A DNA stretch of 52,651 nucleotides from a virus (taxonomy: Duplodnaviria; Caudoviricetes): IMG/VR virus record IMGVR_UViG_3300012921_000050, positions 1 through 52,651 of that record. One strand, 5' to 3'. The translations under genes were made by a program, and so were the position numbers. Below are positions 1-8,558 of the stretch, one piece after another (position 1 is the stretch's first letter; each line of letters starts with the position of its first letter). The notes beneath the pieces are model-generated. The model was not told the origin of the DNA, searched no databases, and worked only from the letters and a program-made list of their open reading frames with translations.

Positions 1-1332
1 TTAGCCGGTGTTCTGCGGCCGGCGTTTGTGACCCGTGTTTGTGACTCGGCCTTCCCGCTTCGTTCGCGGGCGGTTCCCGGCGTGCAGGTCGGTGACGTTC
101 TCCGCCGCCGGCCGCAGCATTCCCGACTCGACCAGCGTCTCTTCATACAGCGCGCTGGCGTTGCGCCGGAGCTGCACGTCCTCGGCCAGGTAGTGCTCCT
201 GCGTCGTCTTGAAATCAGCGTGCTGCGCCATCTCGTGGATGGTGATCGGGTCGACGCCCAGCTTGCGGAGCTGGTTCAGCGACGTCGTCTTGGTCTGGTG
301 GAAGCGGTGCTGCCCCAGCAGTCCGAGCTTCTTCAGCCGCGTGCGGAAGGCCGACTTCACGCTCTTGAAGGGCCGCCACGGGGTGGCCAGCGTCCTGCCT
401 TCCTTCTCGGCGCGGGCGGCGGCCTGCGGGTCCTTATAGAGGAAGCAGCGGTCGATGCCGACCAGCTCCGCCCGGCGCTTCAGCCCGACGAAGAAGGCGA
501 GGCCGGCCGGTCCCAGCGGGATGAAGTCCTCGCGACTCGCCTTGTTCTTGTCGTCGGTCCAGATGCCGCGCTCGTGCTCGTCCACCCATGTGCCTTTGAG
601 CGCGAGCAGGGAGGTGAGGCGCAGGCGGGTGAGCTGCGTGCCGATCAGCACCTCCTTGAGGTGCGGCGGGCTGTCCCGATGCGCCTCGGCGAGGACGGGC
701 AGGGCGATGGGGCGCTTGATGCGTTCGGGTTCGGGCTGGAACGGCACCGCCGGCAGCAGCGGCAGGAAGGTGCGCGGATTGAGCGTGCCGCGCGTCGCGG
801 GGTCCGGCGTCTCGTGCGCCAGCTCGAGCACCTGGCTCAGCGCCGACAGGTATTTGTTGACGGTGACGACGGAGAGCGTGCGCTTGAGCGTCTTCCACAG
901 CGACCGGTCGCTGGGGTCGCGCTTGCGCGGTCCGCCGATCCAGACCCGGTTATTCTTCTCCAGCAGATGGGTGACCAGCTCCTGCATGCGTGCGGCGGAG
1001 ATCTCGTCCAGCGGCGTCCCGGGCCCGAAGAAGGCAAGTATCTCGGCGAGGTACTTCCGGGTGTTGACCCAGCCGGCCTTGCGCTTGGCGATCGGCTTCC
1101 ACGCCGCCACGCCCTGCGCCAGCGAGTAGCCTTCGACGGCGACCGGTGCGGGAAGCTGGGCCTTGTTCTTCTCGCGGTCGCGAATCAGCTCCTGGATTGT
1201 CAGCGCCTCGCGCCGGCTGGTGGCTTCGACCCCGGTGTCCGGGTGGATGGCATAGTCGGAGAAGCGCGCACCATGGAGCTGGAAGCCATACATCCAGCGG
1301 TTCTGCCGGTCCTTGTTCTGCCAGACGGCCAT
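1..1332 (-). CDS. int: Tyrosine recombinase (phage integrase)
   Basis: Start trimmed to MAVWQNK (ATG 1332); N-terminal arm-binding-like region; catalytic-like motifs LTRLR, K, HQTK, H-ADFKTT-QEHY. Confidence 0.9.
   Translation of the reverse strand: MAVWQNKDRQNRWMYGFQLHGARFSDYAIHPDTGVEATSRREALTIQELIRDREKNKAQLPAPVAVEGYSLAQGVAAWKPIAKRKAGWVNTRKYLAEILAFFGPGTPLDEISAARMQELVTHLLEKNNRVWIGGPRKRDPSDRSLWKTLKRTLSVVTVNKYLSALSQVLELAHETPDPATRGTLNPRTFLPLLPAVPFQPEPERIKRPIALPVLAEAHRDSPPHLKEVLIGTQLTRLRLTSLLALKGTWVDEHERGIWTDDKNKASREDFIPLGPAGLAFFVGLKRRAELVGIDRCFLYKDPQAAARAEKEGRTLATPWRPFKSVKSAFRTRLKKLGLLGQHRFHQTKTTSLNQLRKLGVDPITIHEMAQHADFKTTQEHYLAEDVQLRRNASALYEETLVESGMLRPAAENVTDLHAGNRPRTKREGRVTNTGHKRRPQNTG
24..47 (+). 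repeat. Putative integrase arm-type sites (GTTTGTGAC x2)
   Basis: Direct repeats at 24-32 and 37-47; the same motif pair recurs at 51989-52011 beside attR. Confidence 0.7.
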
Positions 1333-1352
1333 GCTGCGCTCCGTGGGGGCGG

Positions 1353-1688
1353 TTAGAGTAGGCCGTCTTTCAGCAGATCGGCAACGGCCTCGCGGTGCCT
1401 CGCGTTCTGGGTCCGCGTCCGCTGCCGGGGCGCCTCCGCCCTGCCAACGGTCGGGACGGTGCTGTTGAGCAGCTTGTAATCCTCCACCGAGGCTTCGCTG
1501 ACACAGACGGCCCGCCGCTTGCGCCCGACGCCCGCGCGGTGGCCGCGCAGCTCGCCGGCCTCGAGCAGCCGCCGCACCGTGGTGAGGCTGCAGCCGATGC
1601 GCCGCGCCGCCTCGCGCACCGAAATCCCGACATCGACGCGGTCGGCGTCGGCGGGATCGGCGGCCAGGCGAAGAGGCGGGCGGGGCAT
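1353..1688 (-). CDS. xis: Excisionase-like HTH protein
   Basis: ISVREAARRIGCSLTTVRRLLEAGELRG winged-HTH motif; directly upstream of int. Confidence 0.8.
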   Translation of the reverse strand: MPRPPLRLAADPADADRVDVGISVREAARRIGCSLTTVRRLLEAGELRGHRAGVGRKRRAVCVSEASVEDYKLLNSTVPTVGRAEAPRQRTRTQNARHREAVADLLKDGLL

Positions 1689-1691
1689 CGA

Positions 1692-1931
1692 TCAGCCCCG
1701 CGAAGTCCCGGTCATCCGGGTACGTGCCTCGGCGATCACAGGCCAATTGCGCCGCATCGCGGCCTTGATGTCATTGGCGGCGGCCTCGGCGACCTTGTCC
1801 GCGTCGTCAATACTGCCGGCGGCTATGCCGATGGCCGCGGCAAGGCTGTCTATGACGGCAGGGATCACCAGGTCGATCGGGTGGCCGGCGAGAAGCATCT
1901 GAAGCTGACGGTGCAGGTCGTTGGAGTTCAC
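1692..1931 (-). CDS. Hypothetical phage protein
   Basis: Tightly packed ORF in the leftward operon. Confidence 0.6.
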   Translation of the reverse strand: MNSNDLHRQLQMLLAGHPIDLVIPAVIDSLAAAIGIAAGSIDDADKVAEAAANDIKAAMRRNWPVIAEARTRMTGTSRG

Positions 1932-2215
1932 TGCGGCCGTCCTTGCTCAACCGGCAGCCAGGCCTCGGCGCGGCGGGCGTGGGTCTCGAGGTCGTCGGCT
2001 ATCTTCACGGCGTGCTCGGCCGCGCCCTCGAACATCAGCGTCCGGTCATTGATCGCCGCGATCATCAGGTGAACCATGCTCTTGAGGCGCGCCGTCTCGC
2101 GGAGCTGCTCGGCGGCGCTGCGCGCCATGGCGGGCGTCAGGTCGAAGCGCAGATCGCTGTCCATATCGACGATCACCACCGTGCCGCCGAAGGTGTGGGA
2201 AACGCCGATGCTCAT
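1928..2215 (-). CDS. Hypothetical phage protein (MSIGVSHTF...)
   Basis: ATGA-type overlaps with both neighbours; purine-rich RBS. Confidence 0.6.
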   Translation of the reverse strand: MSIGVSHTFGGTVVIVDMDSDLRFDLTPAMARSAAEQLRETARLKSMVHLMIAAINDRTLMFEGAAEHAVKIADDLETHARRAEAWLPVEQGRPQ

Positions 2216-2511
2216 GCTGCCTTCTCCTCCTCGCCGCGCAGCACGGCGCGCAGGCGCCCGCTCTCGCCGATCTGGACGTCGATCAGCTCGGCCTTGAGCG
2301 CGGCCTCCATGTGGGAATCGCAATAGCCGTCGCCGCCCTTGCCCTCGGCATAGGTGGGCGGCAGCCAGCCCGGGCGCAGGGGCGTGTCGCGCTGCTTTCC
2401 GTCACGGCCGAAGACGCGCCCGCCCAGCACGTCCGGGAATTGCTCCAGCGCCTTGTGGACGCGAAGCGCCGTCACGAAGGCGAGGGCGGATTCCGGGGGG
2501 CGGGCAGTCAC
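2212..2511 (-). CDS. Hypothetical phage protein
   Basis: Coupled overlaps; ends ...EKAA, typical of phage early genes. Confidence 0.6.
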   Translation of the reverse strand: MTARPPESALAFVTALRVHKALEQFPDVLGGRVFGRDGKQRDTPLRPGWLPPTYAEGKGGDGYCDSHMEAALKAELIDVQIGESGRLRAVLRGEEEKAA

Positions 2512-2876
2512 GATTCGGTCCCGTCAACGGTGCTGATCGGCGGGGTGTCCACCGCGTCGCAGAGTTCCGCCCATGGCGACTTGCCATCCAGACCGTTTTT
2601 CCGAATGAAGGGCGACAGCACCGGGTCCCGTGCGCAGCGCACGTAGTTCTCTGCGGCTCTCGCAATGCGCTCCGGTCGATAGGCCGGCAGGTTCAGCACC
2701 TCGTTCGTGACAGCACGCGCGGTGTGGATGACGATCCCGCCGCTGAGGCGTGGCGCAGCCAACGTGATACGGCGCTTGGCGATCTCGAACACGGCGTCCC
2801 AGAGCCTCTGATACGTCGGGTCCGGTTCGCGGTCGGGCAGCTCGGCCGCCGAGGCGTCGGACGATCCCGGCTTCAT
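2508..2876 (-). CDS. Hypothetical protein, paralog of 13445-13654
   Basis: ATG 2876 overlaps the upstream stop; SAAELPD-EPD--YQ---DAVFEIA-RRI motif shared with the 13445 gene. Confidence 0.7.
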   Translation of the reverse strand: MKPGSSDASAAELPDREPDPTYQRLWDAVFEIAKRRITLAAPRLSGGIVIHTARAVTNEVLNLPAYRPERIARAAENYVRCARDPVLSPFIRKNGLDGKSPWAELCDAVDTPPISTVDGTES

Positions 2877-3268
2877 GACGACCGCGTGTCCTGCCCGAAG
2901 AAGGCCGGGTCGTTGGCCAAGATCTGGGTGCGTAGCGTGGCGATCAACTGGTGACCTTCGCCGAGGCCTGCGGCCCGCAGCTCCGCCCACATGGCCTTCG
3001 CCTGGTCGACGGGCAGCGAGACGGCAGGCGCCTCGACCGGCGCCGGCCAGACGCGATCAAGGGCGTAGCAGCCGCTGATCCCGTTCACCCAGATGACCGC
3101 GCTGTGTCCGCCGAACACACTCGCCTCGCTGCGCGTCGTGCTGCGCACGGTCAGGCCGGTGTCCTTGAGAACGATGACGGCGTCCCCGGGGCGATGAAGG
3201 CGGTTCCACTCGTCGCATTGCCGCTGCAGCTCGTGCGCCGGCACAGGGCGGGGACGGGCGCGGCTCAT
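2873..3268 (-). CDS. Hypothetical phage protein
   Basis: WN..H.PG..V....D.G....T.TRSEA....GHSAVIW..GISGCYAL pattern seen in phage proteins; coupled. Confidence 0.7.
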   Translation of the reverse strand: MSRARPRPVPAHELQRQCDEWNRLHRPGDAVIVLKDTGLTVRSTTRSEASVFGGHSAVIWVNGISGCYALDRVWPAPVEAPAVSLPVDQAKAMWAELRAAGLGEGHQLIATLRTQILANDPAFFGQDTRSS

Positions 3269-3675
3269 GCCGCACCCGCCATCGCCTTGGCCAGGGCGAA
3301 GAGCTGTCGCCGGGCCCGCTCGTTCTTGATGCCGAGGTAATGCCGCGAGAGCTGGGCCGTCTCGCGGGTCACCGTTTCGTCGAGCGCCGGGACCTTGGTG
3401 CCGGCTTCCGTCAGCTCGATGCCGTCGAAGAACCAGGTCACCGGCACCTCGAGGATTTCAGCGAGCTGGAGCAGCCGGAAGCCCGAGGCGCTGTTGTCGC
3501 CCTTCTCGTATTTCTGCACCTGCTGGAAGGTGAGGCCGAGGCGGGCGCCGAGCTTCTGCTGGCTCATGCCGAGCAGGATGCGCCGTTCCTTGATCCGGGT
3601 GCCGATGGTCTTGTCGATCGGCAGGGCGCCGGGGGCGCGACGGCGCCCCCGGCTCTTGGCGGTGCGGCGGGTCAT
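3265..3675 (-). CDS. XRE-family HTH transcriptional regulator
   Basis: IGTRIKERRILLGMSQQKLGARLGLTFQQVQKYEKGDN, a classic alphaproteobacterial XRE signature. Confidence 0.92.
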   Translation of the reverse strand: MTRRTAKSRGRRRAPGALPIDKTIGTRIKERRILLGMSQQKLGARLGLTFQQVQKYEKGDNSASGFRLLQLAEILEVPVTWFFDGIELTEAGTKVPALDETVTRETAQLSRHYLGIKNERARRQLFALAKAMAGAA

Positions 3676-3678
3676 GGC

Positions 3679-5496
3679 TCAGCGCCCCTTCTTCGTCGAC
3701 TTGGCCTTGGTCGCCTTCTTCGCGGCCGGCTTCTTCGTCGCCTTCTTGGCGGCGGGCTTGGCGGGTTTCTTCGCCTTCGCGGCCCCCTTCGGTGCGGTCT
3801 TCTTCAGGTGCGCCGCGATCACCTTGGGCGTGGCGATCATCAGCCAGGGCGGCACGTATTTCGGGTTCTTGGCCCGGGCGACGTGCAGCTCCGTCTTCAG
3901 GTCATCGATCATCCAGCAGCCATTGCGCTTGGCGACGGCCTCCGCGTCGATGCCAAGGTCGGCGGCGATGCGCTCCAACTCCGGCAACTGGCAGGCTTCG
4001 ACGAAGGCGCTTCCGGTGTCGCCCGCGAAGTCGAACACCTCCGTGATGTCGGCCTTGGCTTCCAGCGCGATGGTCACGTAGAGGTCGGACTCGCCCGGCG
4101 CGTCGCCTTCGCGCTCATGGCTGACGAAGCCCGCGGCCAGCACCGCCAGCGCCTGGTCCAGCGCCTGCGGGCGCAACTTGGTCAGGTGCTGCCAGGCCGC
4201 GAGGCCGTCCATCTGATAGATGGCCTGCAGGTGCTTGCGGTAGGCCTCGGCGATCACCGGCTGGGCCTGCACCTCGTCGCGCTGGACGTTGATCAGCTTG
4301 TACGTGGCGGCGTTGAGCCCGGTCATGATGACCTTCAGGGCCACCTCGGGCGCGCGGCTGATGGCCAGTTGCAGGGCTGCGTCTTTCAGGTCCGCGATGT
4401 GGTTGAGGAACTCGGGGTCGTAGGCGGCAAGCGTCTGCTGCTGCGTCTTCGGCGCCGCCTTGGCCGCCTCGGCCTCGCGCGCCGCTTCCCGTTCCGCCTG
4501 CTGGTCGACGAGGCCGGTGTGGATGGCGACGGCATGCGTCGTGCGGTCCTGCACGATGACCGCGCCGGACTTCTTCTTCTGGGCCTTGGTCGTGGCCTTG
4601 GTGTAGCGGTGGGCGAGAGCGTTAAGGGTGATGTCCCAGCTCTTCTCGACATTCACCCAGGGCCAGCGCTTCTCCAGCTCGGCCTTCTTCGCGTCGATGC
4701 CGGCCTTCTGCAGATCGAGAAACTGCGTCGTGTCGGCGAAGAGCTTCCTTCCCTTGGTCTCCGGGTCCTCGACATACTCGCCCGTGTAGCGCTCGAGCTT
4801 GAAGAAGGCGATGTCGACCGGCGACAGATCGCCGAACATCGCGTTGCGCATGTCTTCGGCGCTCTTGATCGTGCCGGTCTCGAGGCTCTTGAGGACGGTC
4901 GCCTGCAGGGCTTCCGGGGCGCGGGCGAGCTCGCGGGCCTGCTCGACGGTGACGCTGCCGGCGTTCAGCGCCTCCTGCGCGGCCGGCGAGAGGTTGAGCA
5001 GGGTGAGGCGCTGCTGGATGACGCGCTGCCTGACGCCGGTGCGCTTCTCGATCTCCTTCGTCTTCATGCCGCCGTCGATCAGGCGCTTGTAGCCCTTGGC
5101 CTCGTCGAGCGGCGGGATGTCCTCGCGCTGCAGGTTCTCGATCAGGCCGTCGACGGTCGCGTCCACATCATCGGCGGCGGCGATGGTGCAGGGGACGGGG
5201 TGGTCCTCCTTCAGATCGCCCCGGCCGATGAGCAGGCCCAGCGCGGCGTGGCGCCGCTCGCCCATGATGATCTCGAACTCTCCGCTGCCCTCGTCGACGC
5301 GCGGCCGGACCTTGAGCGGCTGCTGCAGCCCGCGGGCCTTGATCGACGCTGCCAGGCCTTCCAGCGGCCCGCCCTCGATGACGGTGCGGGCATTGAGCGG
5401 TGAGGGGAAGATCTTGTTATGGGGAATGAGCTTGGCGGCCGGGTTCATCGGCAGGTTGGGGAACAGGTCGGCTACGGCGTTGGAAGCGTCGGGCAT
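3679..5496 (-). CDS. ParB/RepB/Spo0J-family protein with C-terminal histone-H1-like Lys/Ala/Pro tail
   Basis: LAASIKARGLQQPL, GERRHAA (CTP-binding Arg patch), ENLQREDI, HTH; C-terminus KKTAPKGAAKAKKPAKPAAKKATKKPAAKKATKAKSTKKGR. Confidence 0.9.
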   Translation of the reverse strand: MPDASNAVADLFPNLPMNPAAKLIPHNKIFPSPLNARTVIEGGPLEGLAASIKARGLQQPLKVRPRVDEGSGEFEIIMGERRHAALGLLIGRGDLKEDHPVPCTIAAADDVDATVDGLIENLQREDIPPLDEAKGYKRLIDGGMKTKEIEKRTGVRQRVIQQRLTLLNLSPAAQEALNAGSVTVEQARELARAPEALQATVLKSLETGTIKSAEDMRNAMFGDLSPVDIAFFKLERYTGEYVEDPETKGRKLFADTTQFLDLQKAGIDAKKAELEKRWPWVNVEKSWDITLNALAHRYTKATTKAQKKKSGAVIVQDRTTHAVAIHTGLVDQQAEREAAREAEAAKAAPKTQQQTLAAYDPEFLNHIADLKDAALQLAISRAPEVALKVIMTGLNAATYKLINVQRDEVQAQPVIAEAYRKHLQAIYQMDGLAAWQHLTKLRPQALDQALAVLAAGFVSHEREGDAPGESDLYVTIALEAKADITEVFDFAGDTGSAFVEACQLPELERIAADLGIDAEAVAKRNGCWMIDDLKTELHVARAKNPKYVPPWLMIATPKVIAAHLKKTAPKGAAKAKKPAKPAAKKATKKPAAKKATKAKSTKKGR

Positions 5497-5519
5497 CGGT
5501 CAGACTCCTTGCGTTGCTG

Positions 5520-5534
5520 GCGAACGGCGTTCGC
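5520..5534. promoter_or_regulatory. 15-bp palindrome copy 1 (GCGAACGGCGTTCGC)
   Basis: Intergenic, 23 bp upstream of the ParB start. Confidence 0.8.
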
Positions 5535-5549
5535 CGGTTGGTTGAGAAA

Positions 5550-5945
5550 TCAGGCGGCGGGTTGAGCGGGTGTCAGAAGGGCGAGCGCGGCGCGGACATG
5601 CGCCACGGTGAAGGGGCAGGGGCGGTCGGTCTTGCGCTCTTCGGCCTCGCGGTTGAAGCGCTTGAACTGCCGGCGGCGCTCCTCAATCAGACGACGCAGG
5701 CGGTTGGGCCTGACGTCGACATGCCGGGGCGAACCTCTACGGAAAGCGGCGAGGCTCTCGCGGATGCGGACCAGACGCGCGTCGTAGAAGAGGGTGATCC
5801 ACTTGCGCCCGATCTCGACCACGACGTAACAGCGGCGGCCGGAGCCGACCTTGGCGTGGTCGAGGTAGACCTCGACGTAGTCGCCGGGCTTGCAGGCGAA
5901 GTCGGCTGGGCGCTTTCCGCCGGTGTCGGATGCGCTGGCCATCAC
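5550..5945 (-). CDS. Hypothetical phage protein
   Basis: ORF in the leftward operon, coupled. Confidence 0.6.
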   Translation of the reverse strand: MMASASDTGGKRPADFACKPGDYVEVYLDHAKVGSGRRCYVVVEIGRKWITLFYDARLVRIRESLAAFRRGSPRHVDVRPNRLRRLIEERRRQFKRFNREAEERKTDRPCPFTVAHVRAALALLTPAQPAA

Positions 5946-6226
5946 GCGACCTCTCGCAGCCAGGTTGCCGCGCGCTGGGGCTCAAGCCGATGCTCGATCC
6001 GCCATGCGAGGCGCTTCGCCTTGTTCCCGTAGACCTCAAGGATGGTCGCGACCTCGATATGACCGGCCGGCTCCAGCTCCTGCGCGGCCTTGAGGTAGCG
6101 CTCGGCGATGGCCCGCAATGTCTCCGGGCTGCCGGTGCGCGCGTCGATGACGAGCTGGGCGATGGGCCGATGGAACAAGGCCTGCGCCAGCGGCGAGAGT
6201 TGCGTGACGGGGATGCGGGCGGTCAT
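5942..6226 (-). CDS. Hypothetical phage protein
   Basis: Coupled overlaps. Confidence 0.6.
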   Translation of the reverse strand: MTARIPVTQLSPLAQALFHRPIAQLVIDARTGSPETLRAIAERYLKAAQELEPAGHIEVATILEVYGNKAKRLAWRIEHRLEPQRAATWLREVA

Positions 6227-6618
6227 CAGGAGACCGGCACGGCCTTACGAGCGGCCACATAGTCGTTGCCGCTGTAGACCTCCGTGTTGGGAAGCTGCCG
6301 GCTGTCGGTCGTGGTGTAGACGTAGCCGCCGAGAGGGAAGGGCGTGCGCGTAATCCGCCCGAGGGCGAACTGCTGAAACTCCGCCAACCGGTTGAGACGG
6401 AGCCAGCCGCGATTGGCGTCAGCCTTTACGCCGTCGTCGATGATGACCGGCCGGGCTGCAAGGGCCGCCTTGATCTGCGCGACGTGCTGGACGGCGCGAC
6501 GCTGGCGCTCTAGCCGCTTCGCCTCGGTCGGTGCGGTTGCCGCGACCTTCTCGACGTAGGGCAGGGCAACCTGAAGCGCGTCATAGACGGCGAGAGGGAT
6601 GGGGTGCCGATTGTCCAT
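6226..6618 (-). CDS. Hypothetical phage protein
   Basis: Coupled overlaps. Confidence 0.6.
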   Translation of the reverse strand: MDNRHPIPLAVYDALQVALPYVEKVAATAPTEAKRLERQRRAVQHVAQIKAALAARPVIIDDGVKADANRGWLRLNRLAEFQQFALGRITRTPFPLGGYVYTTTDSRQLPNTEVYSGNDYVAARKAVPVS

Positions 6619-6621
6619 CGC

Positions 6622-6807
6622 TCAGCCCTCCAGCGCGCGCATCGCCCGGGCGATGCGTTCCTTACCCTCGTTGATCGAAGCATGGTCGATCAGGCCCGCC
6701 GCTTCGCAACGCAGAACCGCGGGATGGTGCTGAGCCTTTTCGACGGCGAGGACGGCCCGGTTGAGGACGGCGAGCGCCTGCTGCTTGTCGTGCGCCTTGA
6801 GGCTCAT
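6622..6807 (-). CDS. Hypothetical phage protein
   Basis: AGGAG RBS upstream; coupled. Confidence 0.6.
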   Translation of the reverse strand: MSLKAHDKQQALAVLNRAVLAVEKAQHHPAVLRCEAAGLIDHASINEGKERIARAMRALEG

Positions 6808-7028
6808 GGCTGTCTCCTGTTCTTCTGCCGCTGGCGGAAGGCGCGGGCGCCCGCGCGATCGAAGGGAGAGACGGCAGCGGCGTGGCGCTGCCAGCGGGGC
6901 AGGGATTCCAGCCAGCCGGCTTCCTCGAGGTCGGCGCGGCTGGCGGCGCGGTCCTCGGCGAAGCGCGCGGCGCGCTCGCGCAGGCGGCGCAGGGCAAGGA
7001 GGTGAGGGTCGCGCGTGCGGGTCGCCAT
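6804..7028 (-). CDS. Hypothetical phage protein (MATRTRDPH...)
   Basis: Start trimmed to ATG 7028; packs between neighbours. Confidence 0.5.
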   Translation of the reverse strand: MATRTRDPHLLALRRLRERAARFAEDRAASRADLEEAGWLESLPRWQRHAAAVSPFDRAGARAFRQRQKNRRQP

Positions 7029-7029
7029 C

Positions 7030-7365
7030 TCAGCGCCCCCGCCGCGAGAATTTGGCGGTGCCGGTGAGGCGGAGATCGGGGCGGCCGGGCTTCGTCCATT
7101 CCCGGGCCCGCCACTTGCGCGACTGGCGCTCAATCCGCGTCAGGTCGGCGAGGTCGGCCAGGTTGTCGAGATAGTCGGCGAAGCCGCGCAGGCGGAAGCG
7201 CAGCTCATCGGCGCAGGAGCGGAGCCGGTCGGCGTAGGCCTGCAGCGCGGAGGGCGAGCCGTGAAGGGCGCGGGCGTGAAGCCGGTAGCCGGACTGGCGG
7301 AGATAGCGGACGGCCCTAGGGCTGAGTTTGCCGAGCTGCCTGTTGCGTAACCGGACCCCTGACAT
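7030..7365 (-). CDS. First gene of the leftward (PL) operon, Arg-rich hypothetical
   Basis: AAAGGGGG RBS just downstream of PL. Confidence 0.6.
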   Translation of the reverse strand: MSGVRLRNRQLGKLSPRAVRYLRQSGYRLHARALHGSPSALQAYADRLRSCADELRFRLRGFADYLDNLADLADLTRIERQSRKWRAREWTKPGRPDLRLTGTAKFSRRGR

Positions 7366-7390
7366 GACGCCCCCTTTGTGGTCGGGGCGG

Positions 7391-7442
7391 ACTGTGCATG
7401 TAATGCACAGACGATGTCAAGCCTTTGTGCATTTAATGCGCT
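7391..7442 (-). promoter_or_regulatory. PL promoter with OL operators
   Basis: -35 TTGACA (7415-7420, minus), N18, CACAGT (7391-7396); 17-bp operators TGTGCATGTAATGCACA (7393-7409) and TGTGCATTTAATGCGCT (7426-7442). Confidence 0.85.
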
Positions 7443-7453
7443 ATTGCGGGAAG

Positions 7454-7468
7454 GCGAACGGCGTTCGC
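7454..7468. promoter_or_regulatory. 15-bp palindrome copy 2
   Basis: GCGAACGGCGTTCGC immediately upstream of OL. Confidence 0.8.
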
Positions 7469-7471
7469 CGG

Positions 7472-7882
7472 CTACTTGCGCAGGCCCTGCGTCCGGTGAG
7501 CGGCCGGGATCATCAGGAGGCTGAGGTCGTCACCCCTGTAGTCCCGGCCGGCGATGCTCAGGCTGCGGATCGGCGGCACGTCCCAACTCGTCATGCCGGG
7601 CCCGAGGACGCAGTGGGCCATGTGGCGGATCGGCGCGTTGAAGGCGTTGACCGCGTCGAAGCTGACGAAGACCGACACGTCGCCGTCCCTGGGAAACTCC
7701 TGCGCGCTGATGCGCCGGTAGCTTGAGGGGCTGCGCAGGGTCTCGAGGGTCAGCGCCTCGCAATAGCGGACCGGCAGGCTGTCGCGGGGAGGAACGAGCC
7801 GATCCCCGAAGACGTAAAGCGCGGCACCTCCCACGGCGGCGACGGCCGTCAGCGCGATTGCCGTCTCGGTGCGTCGCTGCAT
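7472..7882 (-). CDS. Membrane-anchored protein co-transcribed with cI (rex/sie position)
   Basis: N-terminal hydrophobic helix; C...LRSPSSY and F.A.NAFNA.IR...C motifs. Confidence 0.75.
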   Translation of the reverse strand: MQRRTETAIALTAVAAVGGAALYVFGDRLVPPRDSLPVRYCEALTLETLRSPSSYRRISAQEFPRDGDVSVFVSFDAVNAFNAPIRHMAHCVLGPGMTSWDVPPIRSLSIAGRDYRGDDLSLLMIPAAHRTQGLRK

Positions 7883-7893
7883 GGTGCCGGCGC

Positions 7894-8466
7894 CTAGAGA
7901 CGCCGTATCCAGCGGATCGGCGCGGCCCAGCGCAGCCGCTTGTCCGTCAGCGGCTCGTGGCGCGGGTTATAGCTGATCAGGTTCCAGCGGTCCTTGCCCG
8001 ATCCCTTGCGCAGGATCTTCACCCAGAGGCAGTCGTCTTCCTCGGTCTGGCAAACGCAGTCGCGGCCGATGGCTTCCATCTCGACCTTGGTCGCCTTCTC
8101 GTAGACCAGCAGGTCGCCGTCCCGGTACGCCGGCTCCATCGAGTCGCCGCGCACGACGACGGCCGCGCCGAAACGAAACCCGGGCGGACCCTCGATCGTC
8201 TCGAAGGTGGCGTCGCGATCGAAGGGAGCGATCTTCTCGCCGGCCCCCACGGCGCCGACCAGGGTGATCTCGCCGGCATCGTCGGCCACCAGATCGACGA
8301 CCCGGCAGCCGTAGAGTTCGGCAAACCCCTCCAGCTGGCTCAGGGTCACATCGCTGCGCCGATTCTCGAGCCGCGACACCTGGCTGTGCGACAGGCCAAA
8401 GCGCTCGCCGGCCCGGCTGAGGGTCAGGTGAGCGCGGTCGCGGAAGGTCTTTAAGCGCAAGCCCAT
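7894..8466 (-). CDS. cI: CI-like repressor (HTH + S24 peptidase)
   Basis: HTH LSHSQVSRLEN; VGAG cleavage site; GDSMEP catalytic Ser; WVK catalytic Lys. Confidence 0.93.
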   Translation of the reverse strand: MGLRLKTFRDRAHLTLSRAGERFGLSHSQVSRLENRRSDVTLSQLEGFAELYGCRVVDLVADDAGEITLVGAVGAGEKIAPFDRDATFETIEGPPGFRFGAAVVVRGDSMEPAYRDGDLLVYEKATKVEMEAIGRDCVCQTEEDDCLWVKILRKGSGKDRWNLISYNPRHEPLTDKRLRWAAPIRWIRRL

Positions 8467-8474
8467 GCTTCATT

Positions 8475-8550
8475 TTTGCATGTAGTGCACAAGCCGGGAA
8501 CGGCACCAGATGCACATTGCTTGACTTGCTATGTGCATGTAATGCACAGT
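8475..8550 (+). promoter_or_regulatory. OR operators and PR promoter
   Basis: Operators at 8475-8491, 8500-8516 (degenerate) and 8532-8548 (identical to the OL site); TTGACT (8521-8526), N18, CACAGT (8545-8550), mirroring PL. Confidence 0.85.
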
Positions 8551-8558
8551 CGCGCGCC

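Noticed and set aside
1333-1746. N-terminal extension of the integrase ORF to 581 aa
   Set aside because: It overlaps xis in another frame and is low-complexity. A GGAG RBS precedes ATG 1332.
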